Origin: Poseidonia sp.
GTDB lineage: Archaea > Thermoplasmatota > Poseidoniia > Poseidoniales > Poseidoniaceae
DNA: 64,000 nucleotides
Assembly: GCA_965661285.1 (NCBI GenBank)
Contig: CBFIDD010000003.1
Location: 121,467-185,466, forward strand
Direction of reading: 5' to 3'
Shown here: one piece after another, positions 19,375 to 29,478 of the stretch
Layout of the letters: each line of letters opens with the position of its first letter
Numbering within the stretch: position 1 is the stretch's first letter
Program-made: the position numbers and the translations under genes
Notes under the pieces: generated by a model
What the model saw: only the letters and a program-made list of their open reading frames with translations
Database searches by the model: none
Told to the model about the DNA's origin: nothing

Positions 19375-20468
19375 GTCAAGTCGCTGGTAAACCCGTAGAA
19401 TTCAGCGTTGGCCAAACCAGGCAGCGCCTCGCGCTTGACCAGAAGCGTGCGAACCGCCCACAAATCAACAAACACTCGGTATTTCGTCGTGGCGTCCAAA
19501 TAATCCACGCCGCTTGAGCCACCGGTGCCCATTCGCCGACCGATCATCCGCTCAACCATCCGGGCGTGATGCGTTCTGAAAAGCAGCATTGACTGCTCCA
19601 GTTCAACAAAACTGTCCACCAGACGGCGGGGCCAGGAAAGCAAAGGCAACTCCCGGTACGATTCGATGAACAAAAGACCCGCACGACTTCGTATGGGTTC
19701 CCCGTCATCGAGGAGGAAACGCTCGGCACCGGCGATACCCGCCTCAATGCGTGGGCGGATGGTCGCTTCATCGCCATGACCGATGGCGACCATGTGAGCG
19801 ATGACCTCCTCGCCATGGGCCCGCATGGCATCGAGGTGATGGTCAACATACGCTCGTACCGTCGATGCATCGTCTTCTGACCCGGGTGATGAGCCGTGAA
19901 TGGGCGTTCTTGCCAACCAAGCGTTGAGCACGTCGTTGAGGGAGGGCTCCGATGCCGTAGCCTCAACGTCGGCAAGGGCTTGTGTTGGAACCTTACCCTG
20001 TTGAGCGAGTTGTTTCATGTGGTTGAGCGGGTCCATGCCGCCGACCCGCTGATCGTTCTCCAAGCCCAGCAACACCTCGAGTTCACGCATTTGCCACGAT
20101 TCAAACCCTGAAGAGGTCCCCAGCCTGTCCCGAAACGCCAGAAAATCCTGTGGAGAGAGGGTTTCCATGACCTTCCACTGGTCGGCAAGGAGGCGGAAAA
20201 TCTCACTCACGCGCTCAAGATGGTGAACCACTTTCGGAATGGTCGCTTCTTCAATGCGCACTTGATTCATCAATTGGCGGGCCTCTTTGAGTTCACGAAG
20301 AATCAGTTTGAACCACAGTTCAAACGTTTGATGGACGATAATAAAATGAAGCTCATCGTTGGACGGGGGCGGCGTGTAGCCCTCCGGGCCGTCCTGTAAA
20401 GCCAGCAATTCTTCGAGGCGAAGGTATCCCCCGTAGGTGATACGAGCGGCTGGAGCGTCGGTTGCCAT
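19365..20468 (-). CDS. kynA: Tryptophan 2,3-dioxygenase
   Basis: [34 protein letters not shown] and [19 protein letters not shown] motifs. Confidence 0.95.
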   Translation of the reverse strand: MATDAPAARITYGGYLRLEELLALQDGPEGYTPPPSNDELHFIIVHQTFELWFKLILRELKEARQLMNQVRIEEATIPKVVHHLERVSEIFRLLADQWKVMETLSPQDFLAFRDRLGTSSGFESWQMRELEVLLGLENDQRVGGMDPLNHMKQLAQQGKVPTQALADVEATASEPSLNDVLNAWLARTPIHGSSPGSEDDASTVRAYVDHHLDAMRAHGEEVIAHMVAIGHGDEATIRPRIEAGIAGAERFLLDDGEPIRSRAGLLFIESYRELPLLSWPRRLVDSFVELEQSMLLFRTHHARMVERMIGRRMGTGGSSGVDYLDATTKYRVFVDLWAVRTLLVKREALPGLANAEFYGFTSDLTHS

Positions 20469-20629
20469 ACCGTTTCCATGTCGAACAACCCCATGAATCC
20501 TTCACCCGCAAGGCGGTCCAACGCCTCGTTTCTCGGCAGCGATTCGGGTGTGGAAGAAACCGAGCCAGAGGGCGCATCTACATTCTTCACTGACATAATA
20601 CTCATAGAGCGATTACGAAACCCCTCCAT

Positions 20630-21742
20630 ATGGGCGTACCACTCTCTACGGTGCAGGAATGGCTTCAGGGCTATGACAAAGAAGCCATCACCGTCGGCGT
20701 TGTGGCCTCTCACTCCTCGCTTCAAATCCTCCACGGTGCACGACAAGAAGGCTTTCGCACCCTCGGGATTGCTGTGGGAGAGAACCGGCGTCGCTTCTAC
20801 AAGGCCTTCCCGGGAGCCGAGCCCGATGAATGGTTGATGCTGGACGATTACCGTGAAATGCTCGACCACGCCGAGTGGTTCCGCGAAAAGAACGTCATCA
20901 TCGTCCCTCACGGCTCGCTGGTGGAGTATCTTGGAGCCAACAATTTCAGAAATCTCGAAGTTCCAACCTTCGGCAACAGAAACATCCTGCACTGGGAGAG
21001 CAGCCGTGCGCTTCAACGCCAGTGGCTTGAGGACGGTGGCTGCACGATGCCAAAGGTGGTGGAAGACCCGCACAACATCGACGGCCCCGTCATTGTCAAA
21101 TATGCTGGAGCAAAAGGCGGACGAGGGTACTTTATCGCTCGAGACTACCGTGATTTCCGACGCAACGTGGACATTGAGGAGGAATTTACCATCCAAGAAT
21201 ACGTGCTCGGGTGCCGATATTACCTGCATTTCTTCTTCGACCCCACGGCGGAGGATGGATTCCAAGTCCAGGGCCGCGGCGCCCACGCCGGCAAAAACCT
21301 TGGTCGACTGGAACTCCTCTCCATGGACCGGCGCGATGAGAGCAACGTTGACGAATTCTACAAACTGGGTTCGCTGCGCGACCTTCGTGAAATGTCCCTT
21401 GAACCGTCCTTCGTGGTGACCGGCAACCAACCCGTTGTCATCAGGGAATCCCTTCTCCCGCGTGCCTTCGAAATGGCCGAAGGCACCGTGGCCGCCTCCT
21501 ACGAGCTTGAAGAGGGCTCTCGGGGCATGCTCGGTCCGTTTTGCTTAGAGACCATCGTCACGGACAAATTGGAATTCAAGGTGTTTGAGATCAGCGCTCG
21601 AATCGTCGCAGGATCAAACCCCTTCGTCGGCGGTTCACCTTACTCTGACATCAACGAGCCGTTCATGTCGACCGGGCGTCGAATTGCACGTTCCATTCGC
21701 AAAGCGCTGGACGCTGATCGCCTCGACGACATCATTTCGTGA
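20630..21742 (+). CDS. purP: FAICAR synthetase (ATP-grasp PurP family)
   Basis: SHSSLQILHGARQEGF, VPHGS, AKGGRGYF, VVTGN.P...RESLL and FEISARIVAG motifs. Confidence 0.9.
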   Translation: MGVPLSTVQEWLQGYDKEAITVGVVASHSSLQILHGARQEGFRTLGIAVGENRRRFYKAFPGAEPDEWLMLDDYREMLDHAEWFREKNVIIVPHGSLVEYLGANNFRNLEVPTFGNRNILHWESSRALQRQWLEDGGCTMPKVVEDPHNIDGPVIVKYAGAKGGRGYFIARDYRDFRRNVDIEEEFTIQEYVLGCRYYLHFFFDPTAEDGFQVQGRGAHAGKNLGRLELLSMDRRDESNVDEFYKLGSLRDLREMSLEPSFVVTGNQPVVIRESLLPRAFEMAEGTVAASYELEEGSRGMLGPFCLETIVTDKLEFKVFEISARIVAGSNPFVGGSPYSDINEPFMSTGRRIARSIRKALDADRLDDIIS

Positions 21743-21744
21743 AC

Positions 21745-23523
21745 TCAATCTTCGCTCAATGCGTCAAGATCGGGGGCACCGGGCAGGTCTGCCATATTAT
21801 CGTGACCATCGGGTTCTTGCTCCCCATCCTCAATGGCTTCAGGAGCCTCGGATTCATCTGAGGGCGCTTCAGAGGAAGGCGATTCAATGGCTGCAGAGGT
21901 CGCTTTGATCTCAGCCTCAAGTTCGGCCCTTCGAGCCTCGCGCTCCTCGGCAGATGGCAGGTCAAATTCTGCGACCAGCATGATGGGGTCACCGCTGGAG
22001 AGTTCACCGTTGTATTCCAAGGGTTCACCGCCGGGGTTGACGATGACTTGGAACTTCGTTGGGTCCTTACTCCTGCGCTTTTGGTGCTTTTTGTAGTGGT
22101 GGACGTAGACCTGATACTTTCCTGAGGGAGCCTTGCCTTCCTCCCAGAAGACGTTCTCGACCGGTTTCCGGGTTTCGGCTCGAACGTTGGCATCAACGTC
22201 AAGTTCGCCACCACAGGCGGATTTCTTGTTGCCACCGTGAATGCGCTCGCCAGATGGACAAACAACATGCAGGTCCAAATCGTTGTAGTTGTTCCACATC
22301 AGTGAGATTTGAACGTCCGACGACTGGGCTCCCTCGCGCTCGAGGCGAGCCTTGAGTTCGGACATGGCTCGCTGAGCCGCCTCTTTGGACTCGAGGACCT
22401 CCTGTTCTCGTGCAGCCTCAATTTCGGCAAGGCGTTCGGCCTCGGCCGCTTCAAGTTCAGCTTGCCGATTCTCCTCGGCCTCTGAAATTGCAGCCTCGGC
22501 CTCGGGGACATCCATTCCAGCAGCACGCAGCTCTTCTTCCAACGCCCTTCGGCGAGCGGCCCGTTCTTCGGGGGATGGCAGGTTGAATTCTGCGACGAGC
22601 ATGATGGGGTCGCCCATCGAAAGCTCGCCGTTGTATTCGCGAGGATCACCGCCCTCATTAATGATCACCTGGAATTTGGTCGGGTCTTTGCTACGGCGCT
22701 TCTTGTGCTTCTTGTAGTAGTGGACATAGACCTGATACCTGCCTGCAGGTGCTTTTCCATCTTCCCAAAACACGTTTTCCACAGGCTTTCGGGTTTCGGC
22801 CCGAACGTTGGCGTCAACATCGAGTTCACCGCCACACGCTGAAATTTTGTTACCACCGTGAATCCGTTCGCCAGAAGGACACACAACATGGAGGTCAAGG
22901 TCGTTGTAGTTGTTCCACATCAAAGAGATCTGCACGTCCGAAGATTGTGCACCTTCTCGTTCAAGGCGAGCACGAAGTTCGGACATGGCTCGCTGAGCCG
23001 CTTCTCTGGACTCCAACTTCTCCTGTTCACGCGCCGCCTCAATTTCTGCAAGGCGTTGCTCTTCCGCATCAGCGAGTTCGGCTTGTCGCGCTGCCTCTCG
23101 TTCGGCAGCGAGCCGAGCTTCTTCTGCATCGCGTTCCGCAGCTCGCTGGGCCGCCTCTTCCTCTTCGCGTCGGCGGGCTTCTTCGAGTTCAGAACGGTGT
23201 TGTTCTTCCTGAAGTTCCCGTTGGCGACGGGCTTCTTCCTCAGCGCTGGCTTGTTCCTGGCGACGACGGTTGAACCGTTCCTCTGCAAGTTGCCGGTCAC
23301 CCTGATTTTGCTGTCGCAGGAGGTCTTGAATGGTGGCGAGCTTTCGGTCAAGGTTTTTTTTGGCTTTTCCGAAGCCCATGCCCGATTGCTGTTGCAACAA
23401 TCCTTCAGCGCTCATCCCGCTCTGAAGGTTGACTTGGGCTTCCCGGCGCATGACGATGAACATCAAGCCGAGCATGAATGCGCCTCCCAGTGCAATGGTG
23501 AGGACATAATCGGCCAATTCCAT
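21745..23523 (-). CDS. Membrane-anchored coiled-coil protein with two tandem DUF2135/YfaP-like domains
   Basis: N-terminal TM; E/A/R-rich coiled coil; two copies of VQISLMWNNYNDLDLHVVCPSGERI...GGELDVDAN...PVENVFW. Confidence 0.8.
   Translation of the reverse strand: MELADYVLTIALGGAFMLGLMFIVMRREAQVNLQSGMSAEGLLQQQSGMGFGKAKKNLDRKLATIQDLLRQQNQGDRQLAEERFNRRRQEQASAEEEARRQRELQEEQHRSELEEARRREEEEAAQRAAERDAEEARLAAEREAARQAELADAEEQRLAEIEAAREQEKLESREAAQRAMSELRARLEREGAQSSDVQISLMWNNYNDLDLHVVCPSGERIHGGNKISACGGELDVDANVRAETRKPVENVFWEDGKAPAGRYQVYVHYYKKHKKRRSKDPTKFQVIINEGGDPREYNGELSMGDPIMLVAEFNLPSPEERAARRRALEEELRAAGMDVPEAEAAISEAEENRQAELEAAEAERLAEIEAAREQEVLESKEAAQRAMSELKARLEREGAQSSDVQISLMWNNYNDLDLHVVCPSGERIHGGNKKSACGGELDVDANVRAETRKPVENVFWEEGKAPSGKYQVYVHHYKKHQKRRSKDPTKFQVIVNPGGEPLEYNGELSSGDPIMLVAEFDLPSAEEREARRAELEAEIKATSAAIESPSSEAPSDESEAPEAIEDGEQEPDGHDNMADLPGAPDLDALSED
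21930..23090. repeat. Intragenic tandem duplication, period 621 nt (207 aa)
   Basis: CGTTGTAGTTGTTCCACATCA occurs at 22281 and 22902; the protein repeats are nearly identical with many synonymous differences. Boundaries approximate. Confidence 0.85.
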
Positions 23524-23624
23524 GACATCCCCATGACAAACTACCTCTTGAAACATCCGTTTGGGTATTCACACCCTGTTATCATCACCAAAGAGCATAA
23601 CAAGGTGAAAGAAGAGCGAAGACC

Positions 23625-24257
23625 ATGAGAGAGGTCTCCGCAGCGTGGGACAGGGAGGCGCTCGCCAACACCGACCTCTCACTGCTCGACGGGGTCGTTC
23701 AGCGGCTCTCATTTCTGGGGAATCTTCTCATCACCCCGGAAGGCGTTCGCCAAATCATCCTCCCGGAATACAGAGACGGGAAATCCCGAGCGGACCTCGA
23801 AGCCATCCCGTACATCACGGTGGAGCAGGTGCTCAACGAGCGAGAAGGAGGGGCGCTGGTCGTGTGGAACACGCATGCACTGGTGTGTTTGGCCTCAACC
23901 ACAGAGAACATCTACATCACACTCCCCACGGAGTATGAAAACGGCACGCTGACCCTCACTTTCCGTGGGATACCGCAAGCCATTTCCTCCTTTGTCAAAT
24001 TGAGCAAGATTGTTTTGCCTCCAGCTCAAATCCGCGTGCGGGACATCAGAGAAGACGGCCATGCCCTCATCGATGTCTTGACCCAACGGCAACATGAGTG
24101 CTACGCGCTGGCCATTGAGCACGGCTACTACAAGGAGCCCAGAGCCATCACCATCCAAGCGCTCGCCGACCTTTTGGGCATCGCGCGCTCGACCTTCCAA
24201 GAGCACTTACAAACGGCTGAAGTCGAGGTGCTCAACTGGGCTGGAACCCAGTTGTGA
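23625..24257 (+). CDS. HTH-10 (Bat-type) transcriptional regulator
   Basis: C-terminal LTQRQHE...AIEHGYYKEPR.ITIQALADLLGIARSTFQEHL..AE motif. Confidence 0.88.
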   Translation: MREVSAAWDREALANTDLSLLDGVVQRLSFLGNLLITPEGVRQIILPEYRDGKSRADLEAIPYITVEQVLNEREGGALVVWNTHALVCLASTTENIYITLPTEYENGTLTLTFRGIPQAISSFVKLSKIVLPPAQIRVRDIREDGHALIDVLTQRQHECYALAIEHGYYKEPRAITIQALADLLGIARSTFQEHLQTAEVEVLNWAGTQL

Positions 24258-24309
24258 GGAAGGTTTTCGCCATACAAACCTTTGATGAAGACGGCGCTCT
24301 CCGACACGC

Positions 24310-25107
24310 ATGGACAAGGCACAGCGCCTGGCGGCACTTCTGCCCAATGGGAGAGGGGTCTGGATCCCCATCGACCACGGTGCTTCTGATTACCCCAACC
24401 CCGGCCTTGAGAACGTTGAAGGCCTGATTCTGTCCCTCATCGACGCAGGCGTGAATGCCATCGTAGCGCAAAAAGGGTTGGTCACCAAATACGCCCACCT
24501 GTGCGAAGGCACATCAACGGCCATGGTGATTCACTACTCCGTCTCAACACGACACGCCGGACCTCAAGCGAACAACAAGGTCATCGTCGGTCATGCGGAT
24601 GAAACCCTTCCAAGAGGCGGTATTGGCGTCTCAAGCCAGGTGAACATGGGGAGCGAGCATGAGCCCCAAATGATTGAACGCATGGGAGAATTGAATCGCC
24701 AAGCCTTCCATGCAGACCTCCCTGCGTTCGGGATGGTTTACGCTCGCGGGCCGAATCTCAACCATCAGTCCAACGACGAAACACAATCCCAAGCCCACGC
24801 CGTGAGGTTGGCCTTCGAGTTGGGTTGTGACGCAGCGAAATGCGTCTGGACCGGCGATGAATCCTCTTTTTCACAGGTCGCCAAGAGTGCACCGATTCCG
24901 CTACTTATGGCCGGTGGACCCTCCACCGGTGATTCAACGGCCGTCCTCACGATGGTTGAATCCGCCCTCAAGGCCGGGGCGAGCGGCGTGTGCATGGGTC
25001 GGCAGGTGTTCGCACATCCTGACCCCGGAGCGATGGCTAAGGCGCTGGTGCTGATGGTCCACGAAGGCCATTCCGCCACAGCGGCCATGAACGCCTGTGG
25101 TTTGTGA
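24310..25107 (+). CDS. aroA': 2-amino-3,7-dideoxy-D-threo-hept-6-ulosonate synthase (DhnA-type class I aldolase)
   Basis: PIDHG, MVYARG, RLAFELGCDAAK (Schiff-base Lys), AGGP and GRQVF motifs; directly upstream of DHQ synthase II. Confidence 0.85.
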   Translation: MDKAQRLAALLPNGRGVWIPIDHGASDYPNPGLENVEGLILSLIDAGVNAIVAQKGLVTKYAHLCEGTSTAMVIHYSVSTRHAGPQANNKVIVGHADETLPRGGIGVSSQVNMGSEHEPQMIERMGELNRQAFHADLPAFGMVYARGPNLNHQSNDETQSQAHAVRLAFELGCDAAKCVWTGDESSFSQVAKSAPIPLLMAGGPSTGDSTAVLTMVESALKAGASGVCMGRQVFAHPDPGAMAKALVLMVHEGHSATAAMNACGL

Positions 25108-25116
25108 GTTGGTGGC

Positions 25117-26148
25117 ATGGAAATTTGGCTACGCACGAACGAAAGAGAAGTCACCTCCTCCGCCGAAGGTGTAGACCGAATATTTTCCAAACAAACATCA
25201 GACCAATCTCTTCGTTCAGAGAACGGCGTGCTCTACGCCGGCGAGGACATCATCGGCGCCCACGTCTTCATCAGCGACGGAACAACGCAACATGCCGGCA
25301 TCGCTCATCTTGGCACAGTTGACTGGATCATGGTTGAATGTGAAACATGGTCGATGATTCCACTGGAGAATTTAATCGCCCATCGTAGCGGAAGCCACAC
25401 CAAAATCGCTGCCGTGATTCGAACACCGCTAGAGGCACAAGGGGCCGGTTTTGCTTTGGAGCAGGGCGTTGATGCGCTCGTGGTTTCCCAGGATGCTTCC
25501 CTGCTGGATGCAGCGTTTAGCGTGAAGGCACAACGCCTTGAGCAAACAGCACCTTTGGAAGCGATTCAATCTACGAAAACCGACCAACTCAACCTTACTC
25601 CTTTCGAGATTGCATCGGTTGAGGAAGCTGGGCTTGGCGACCGTTACTGTTTGGATTTCCTTACACGTTTCCGCGAGCACGAAGGCTTGCTGGTGGGCTC
25701 AAGCGCTCAAGCGCTGTTTTTGGTCCACAGCGAAACCATCCCGTCCACCTTCGTTCCCACCCGGCCCTTTCGAGTGAACGCAGGTGCGCCACACGCGTAT
25801 GTGATGATGGCCGACGGCACGACAAAATACATGACCGAGCTTGAGGCAGGAAACGAGCTTCTTGCGGTTGATGTCACCGGAGCAACCCGACCTGTTGTCC
25901 TCGGCCGCATCAAGATTGAACAGCGCCCAATGTTGAAAATTGTCGGAAAAGCGAAGAAAAAAGGCGAACAAAACGATAATACATCACATGTTTTCATGCA
26001 GCAAGCAGAAACCGTTCGCCTTCTATCCGATGAGCCAAACGCCGTGTCAGTCACCGACCTTTCCTCGACCAAGATCGTGCTCGGATGGGTCGGTCATGCT
26101 GCCCGGCACGTTGGCTTGCCGGTCCAAGGGGGCATTGAAGAAAGGTGA
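25117..26148 (+). CDS. aroB': 3-dehydroquinate synthase II (oxidative deaminating)
   Basis: W.MIPLENLIA, LEQGVD, GDRYCLD, LVHSET..S.FVPTRPFRVNAG, GRIKIEQRPM and QAETVRL motifs. Confidence 0.94.
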   Translation: MEIWLRTNEREVTSSAEGVDRIFSKQTSDQSLRSENGVLYAGEDIIGAHVFISDGTTQHAGIAHLGTVDWIMVECETWSMIPLENLIAHRSGSHTKIAAVIRTPLEAQGAGFALEQGVDALVVSQDASLLDAAFSVKAQRLEQTAPLEAIQSTKTDQLNLTPFEIASVEEAGLGDRYCLDFLTRFREHEGLLVGSSAQALFLVHSETIPSTFVPTRPFRVNAGAPHAYVMMADGTTKYMTELEAGNELLAVDVTGATRPVVLGRIKIEQRPMLKIVGKAKKKGEQNDNTSHVFMQQAETVRLLSDEPNAVSVTDLSSTKIVLGWVGHAARHVGLPVQGGIEER

Positions 26149-26152
26149 TGAC

Positions 26153-27046
26153 ATGGCCGTCCTAGGTAAAGGAAATGCACATGGCGCATGCAGTTTGCTT
26201 CATGCCGCTGCGCTCGGCTACGGTGCCGGCATTGCATTGGACCTTCCGGTGACGGTTCGCCTTCTCGACCGGCCAAGCAAGCGAGAAGTCAGAGACGATG
26301 ACGGCGTTTTGGAAGCCCTTCTTACGGCTTGGATGGACGCGGGCCATCCGCTTCCAGAAGGTTTTGAGCGCGAGGACCTTCATTGGGGTGTCAATTCAAA
26401 AATTCCAAAAAAGCAAGGGCTGAAATCTTCGGCTGCGACCTGCATCGCTGCACTCCGAGCGCTTTGTTCCGCCACCGACACGACACTTCAGCCCCTCGAG
26501 ATGGTTAGCCTCGCCGCAGAGGCCCAAACCTCAGCAGGCGTCTCGCTCACCGGCTCAATCGACGATGCGTGGGCCTGCATGACGCCCGGGTGGAAACTTG
26601 TGGATGTTCAGGCCCCCATCGCTGAGGGTGTGCTCATGGACCAACCGGGACTGTCTGAAGAAGACTGGACGGTGTTGCTGGTGCTTCGAGGCCCTCGGTC
26701 CCAGCAACCGACACTGGAGGATTTTGCGTCCCAGGTGACGGCGTTCCAACAGGCTCTGGTGGCTCTTCAGGAAAACAACCCATTGGTGGCCATGACGTGG
26801 AACGGACGCGGGACGGTCGCAGCACTTCGGGACGCCGAAGGAAGAAAAATGGCAAATGATTCCTTCATGAACAGCGCTCGAGCCGCCGGAGTCTCCGGTT
26901 CCGGACCGGCCCTCGTGATCGTCGTTCCAGCCCAACAAACACCAACAATTGAGCGGATAAAATCGTGGTACAGCACACGGTTTCCCGACGCAAAGATTGT
27001 CGAAACAACCTTCTTATCAACCGAAATTGAAGACGAACTTGAGTGA
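26153..27046 (+). CDS. aroK: Archaeal (GHMP-type) shikimate kinase
   Basis: IPKKQGLKSSAA GHMP motif, VSLTGSIDDA and AGVSGSGPA; ATG at 26153 after AGGTGA. Confidence 0.88.
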   Translation: MAVLGKGNAHGACSLLHAAALGYGAGIALDLPVTVRLLDRPSKREVRDDDGVLEALLTAWMDAGHPLPEGFEREDLHWGVNSKIPKKQGLKSSAATCIAALRALCSATDTTLQPLEMVSLAAEAQTSAGVSLTGSIDDAWACMTPGWKLVDVQAPIAEGVLMDQPGLSEEDWTVLLVLRGPRSQQPTLEDFASQVTAFQQALVALQENNPLVAMTWNGRGTVAALRDAEGRKMANDSFMNSARAAGVSGSGPALVIVVPAQQTPTIERIKSWYSTRFPDAKIVETTFLSTEIEDELE

Positions 27047-27088
27047 ACACCTTCTAAAAGGGCCGCTTGGTGGTCATCTTGTTGAATC

Positions 27089-28171
27089 ATGCAGATGCGT
27101 CTCGGTGAGGCTTTGCGTATAACCCTGCGAGGTTCAAGCCACGGCCCCTTTGTCGGTGCACTTGTGGAGGGCATGCCAAGTGGCATCGCGGTGGATGAGA
27201 ACCAAGTCCAAGAGGCCATGGCGTTACGAAAAACCGGAGGAACCTACAGCAGCAAACGGAAGGAAACCGACCGTGTTGAGTGGAGAACAGGTGTGGCAGA
27301 CGGCATCACCACCGGTGAAACCATTGAGGTTCACATCGCCAATAACGATGTCCGCTCATCAGACTACAGTTTTCTTCCCGACCACCCCCGGCCGGGGCAC
27401 CAAGACATGGTGATGATGAAGCGAACAAAAGGAGAAGCCGATCTTCGGGGAGGGGGCACGTCAAGCGCTCGAATGACGGCCCCCTTGGTGGCCGTCGCCG
27501 CCGTTCTTCGCCCGTGGCTCTCCGCTCGAGGCGTGACCGTTGAAGCCCATCTCGGTGCGATTGGAGGTGTTGAAGCCGCCCCCATGGACACCTGCCCTGA
27601 GCGATGGGCTGACGAAACGTGCAGGGCCCTCCGTTGCAGAGACCCCGCCGCTGCTGGCTTGATGGCGGCGTTGGTGGAACGCACCCGCAAGGAACGAGAT
27701 TCCATCGGGTCAAGGGTTGACCTGCAAGTTCATGGCTTGCCACTCGGCCTTGGCGAGCCGTGGTTTGACGGTCTTGAACCCGCCTTGGCACGGGCGATGA
27801 TGGCGATTCCCGCTGCGCGCGGTGTGGAGATCGGCCACGGTTTTAGCGTACAGACCATGCGAGGAAGCGAACACAACAGCCCGTGGGGTGGTACCTCGGA
27901 GAACCCGATGCTCCAGGGCGAACGTCCTGATGGTGCTCTGGCAGGGTTGTCAACCGGTGCTCCCGTCCATCTGAGGGTGGCCTTCAAACCTCCATCGAGC
28001 ATTCCACAAGTCCAGCACACCCTCAATCTCAAGACCAACCAGCAGGAACCGCTGGTTGTGAAGGGCCGACACGACCCTGTGCTCGGACCGAGAGCCGTTG
28101 CCGTGGTGGAAGCGATGGCCATCCTGGTCATCGGGGACCTGGTAATTCGAGGGGGTTTTGATGATGAATGA
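27089..28171 (+). CDS. aroC: Chorismate synthase
   Basis: GSSHG, PRPGHQD, RGGGTSSARMTA, LGEPWFD, FKPPSSI and GRHDP motifs. Confidence 0.95.
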   Translation: MQMRLGEALRITLRGSSHGPFVGALVEGMPSGIAVDENQVQEAMALRKTGGTYSSKRKETDRVEWRTGVADGITTGETIEVHIANNDVRSSDYSFLPDHPRPGHQDMVMMKRTKGEADLRGGGTSSARMTAPLVAVAAVLRPWLSARGVTVEAHLGAIGGVEAAPMDTCPERWADETCRALRCRDPAAAGLMAALVERTRKERDSIGSRVDLQVHGLPLGLGEPWFDGLEPALARAMMAIPAARGVEIGHGFSVQTMRGSEHNSPWGGTSENPMLQGERPDGALAGLSTGAPVHLRVAFKPPSSIPQVQHTLNLKTNQQEPLVVKGRHDPVLGPRAVAVVEAMAILVIGDLVIRGGFDDE

Positions 28172-29477
28172 ACTCCCTGTGATTCACAAGTTTGGAGGTT
28201 CCTGTCTGCGCGACAGTTCTGACTTGGAACACATTGCCGACATCATTGCAAAAGCCAACCAACCGGTCGTTTTGGTCGTTTCAGCGCTCTGGGGAACCAC
28301 CGACCGCTTGATGCGAGCGGCTCAAGAGCCTCGCTACGCAGGTCGTTTGGTCAATGACCTGGCCAGCCATCACCTACGATTTTCACCTACACTCATCGAA
28401 TCCCCGCTTTACGAGGTCTTCCAGCGCGTCCTCGACGGTATTGAGGAGGCCTTGACGGCGTTGGCAACGGACCGTGAAGATCGTCGGGCCTACAACCAAT
28501 TGCTCGCCTCAGGCGAACGCCTCTCCGCTCTGGTCATCGCCCATGCCTTGTCCATTCGGGGCTTTGATGCTCACCCACTCGGTTCAGAAGACATCGGGCT
28601 CCAACTCGATGGCGAAGGAACAGCGACGCAGGTCGACCTCCTCGCGTCACAAAAAAACCTCGACCGCGACGCCTTTCACGGCGTTCCTGTGGTCACCGGA
28701 TGGTTTGGTGAGGGGACCGATGGCAACATCGCTTTGCTCGGTCGAGGTGGAAGCGACCACTCCGCGACCGCCCTTGCAGCGCTTCTTCACGCCCAACGGG
28801 TCGTTTTGTGGAAGGACGTCCTGGGCATCTATCCCGTCAACCCTCGTTGGGGTGTGCAATCCGCACCCATCCCCTACCTCGGCTACGCAGAGGCGATTGA
28901 ATTTTCGAATGCCGACGCCACGATTCTCCACCCCGCAACGGTTGAGCCCGTGTATGAGATGGGGATACCTATCGAAATTCGCCACTTGGCACGATACAAA
29001 GAGAACGGCCTGAAAACCGTCATCGGACCCGACATTGAAGCCGATCCCAACATCAAGGGCATCGCCTGTATCCCCAGAGTGGCCTGCGTCAATGTGGAGG
29101 TGCGCTACGCCCAAGATGCTGCCCTTGAGCTCAGCGACCTGCTTCAAGAGTTGAACGAAGCGAACATCCGAATTTGCTCATTTGAGACCACGAATGCACA
29201 GTGGCGGTTTGTGTTTCCACAACATGAGGTCTCTCGTGGGGTTCAGATCATCAAAAAACGTTGCAAGGCAGTGAATTACGAATATTTTGCTGCCATGCTT
29301 TCCTTTATTGGTTGCAGGGACATGGGGTACTTCAAAGAAAAACTCGCTGACCACGACGGCATCAGTGAGAGCCACCTCTACCAGTCAGCCACCTCAATCC
29401 ACATGCTTTCAAACAGGACGGACATCTCAAGGATGCTCGATGAAATGATGGCCATCGTTTCACAAAACGACGATTGA
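28161..29477 (+). CDS. lysC: Aspartate kinase
   Basis: HKFGGS, VVSA..GTTDRL, SGERLSA, LGRGGSDHSA, WKDV.G and ILHP motifs; degenerate ACT-like C-terminus; overlaps the aroC end. Confidence 0.88.
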   Translation: MMNELPVIHKFGGSCLRDSSDLEHIADIIAKANQPVVLVVSALWGTTDRLMRAAQEPRYAGRLVNDLASHHLRFSPTLIESPLYEVFQRVLDGIEEALTALATDREDRRAYNQLLASGERLSALVIAHALSIRGFDAHPLGSEDIGLQLDGEGTATQVDLLASQKNLDRDAFHGVPVVTGWFGEGTDGNIALLGRGGSDHSATALAALLHAQRVVLWKDVLGIYPVNPRWGVQSAPIPYLGYAEAIEFSNADATILHPATVEPVYEMGIPIEIRHLARYKENGLKTVIGPDIEADPNIKGIACIPRVACVNVEVRYAQDAALELSDLLQELNEANIRICSFETTNAQWRFVFPQHEVSRGVQIIKKRCKAVNYEYFAAMLSFIGCRDMGYFKEKLADHDGISESHLYQSATSIHMLSNRTDISRMLDEMMAIVSQNDD

Positions 29478-29478
29478 A

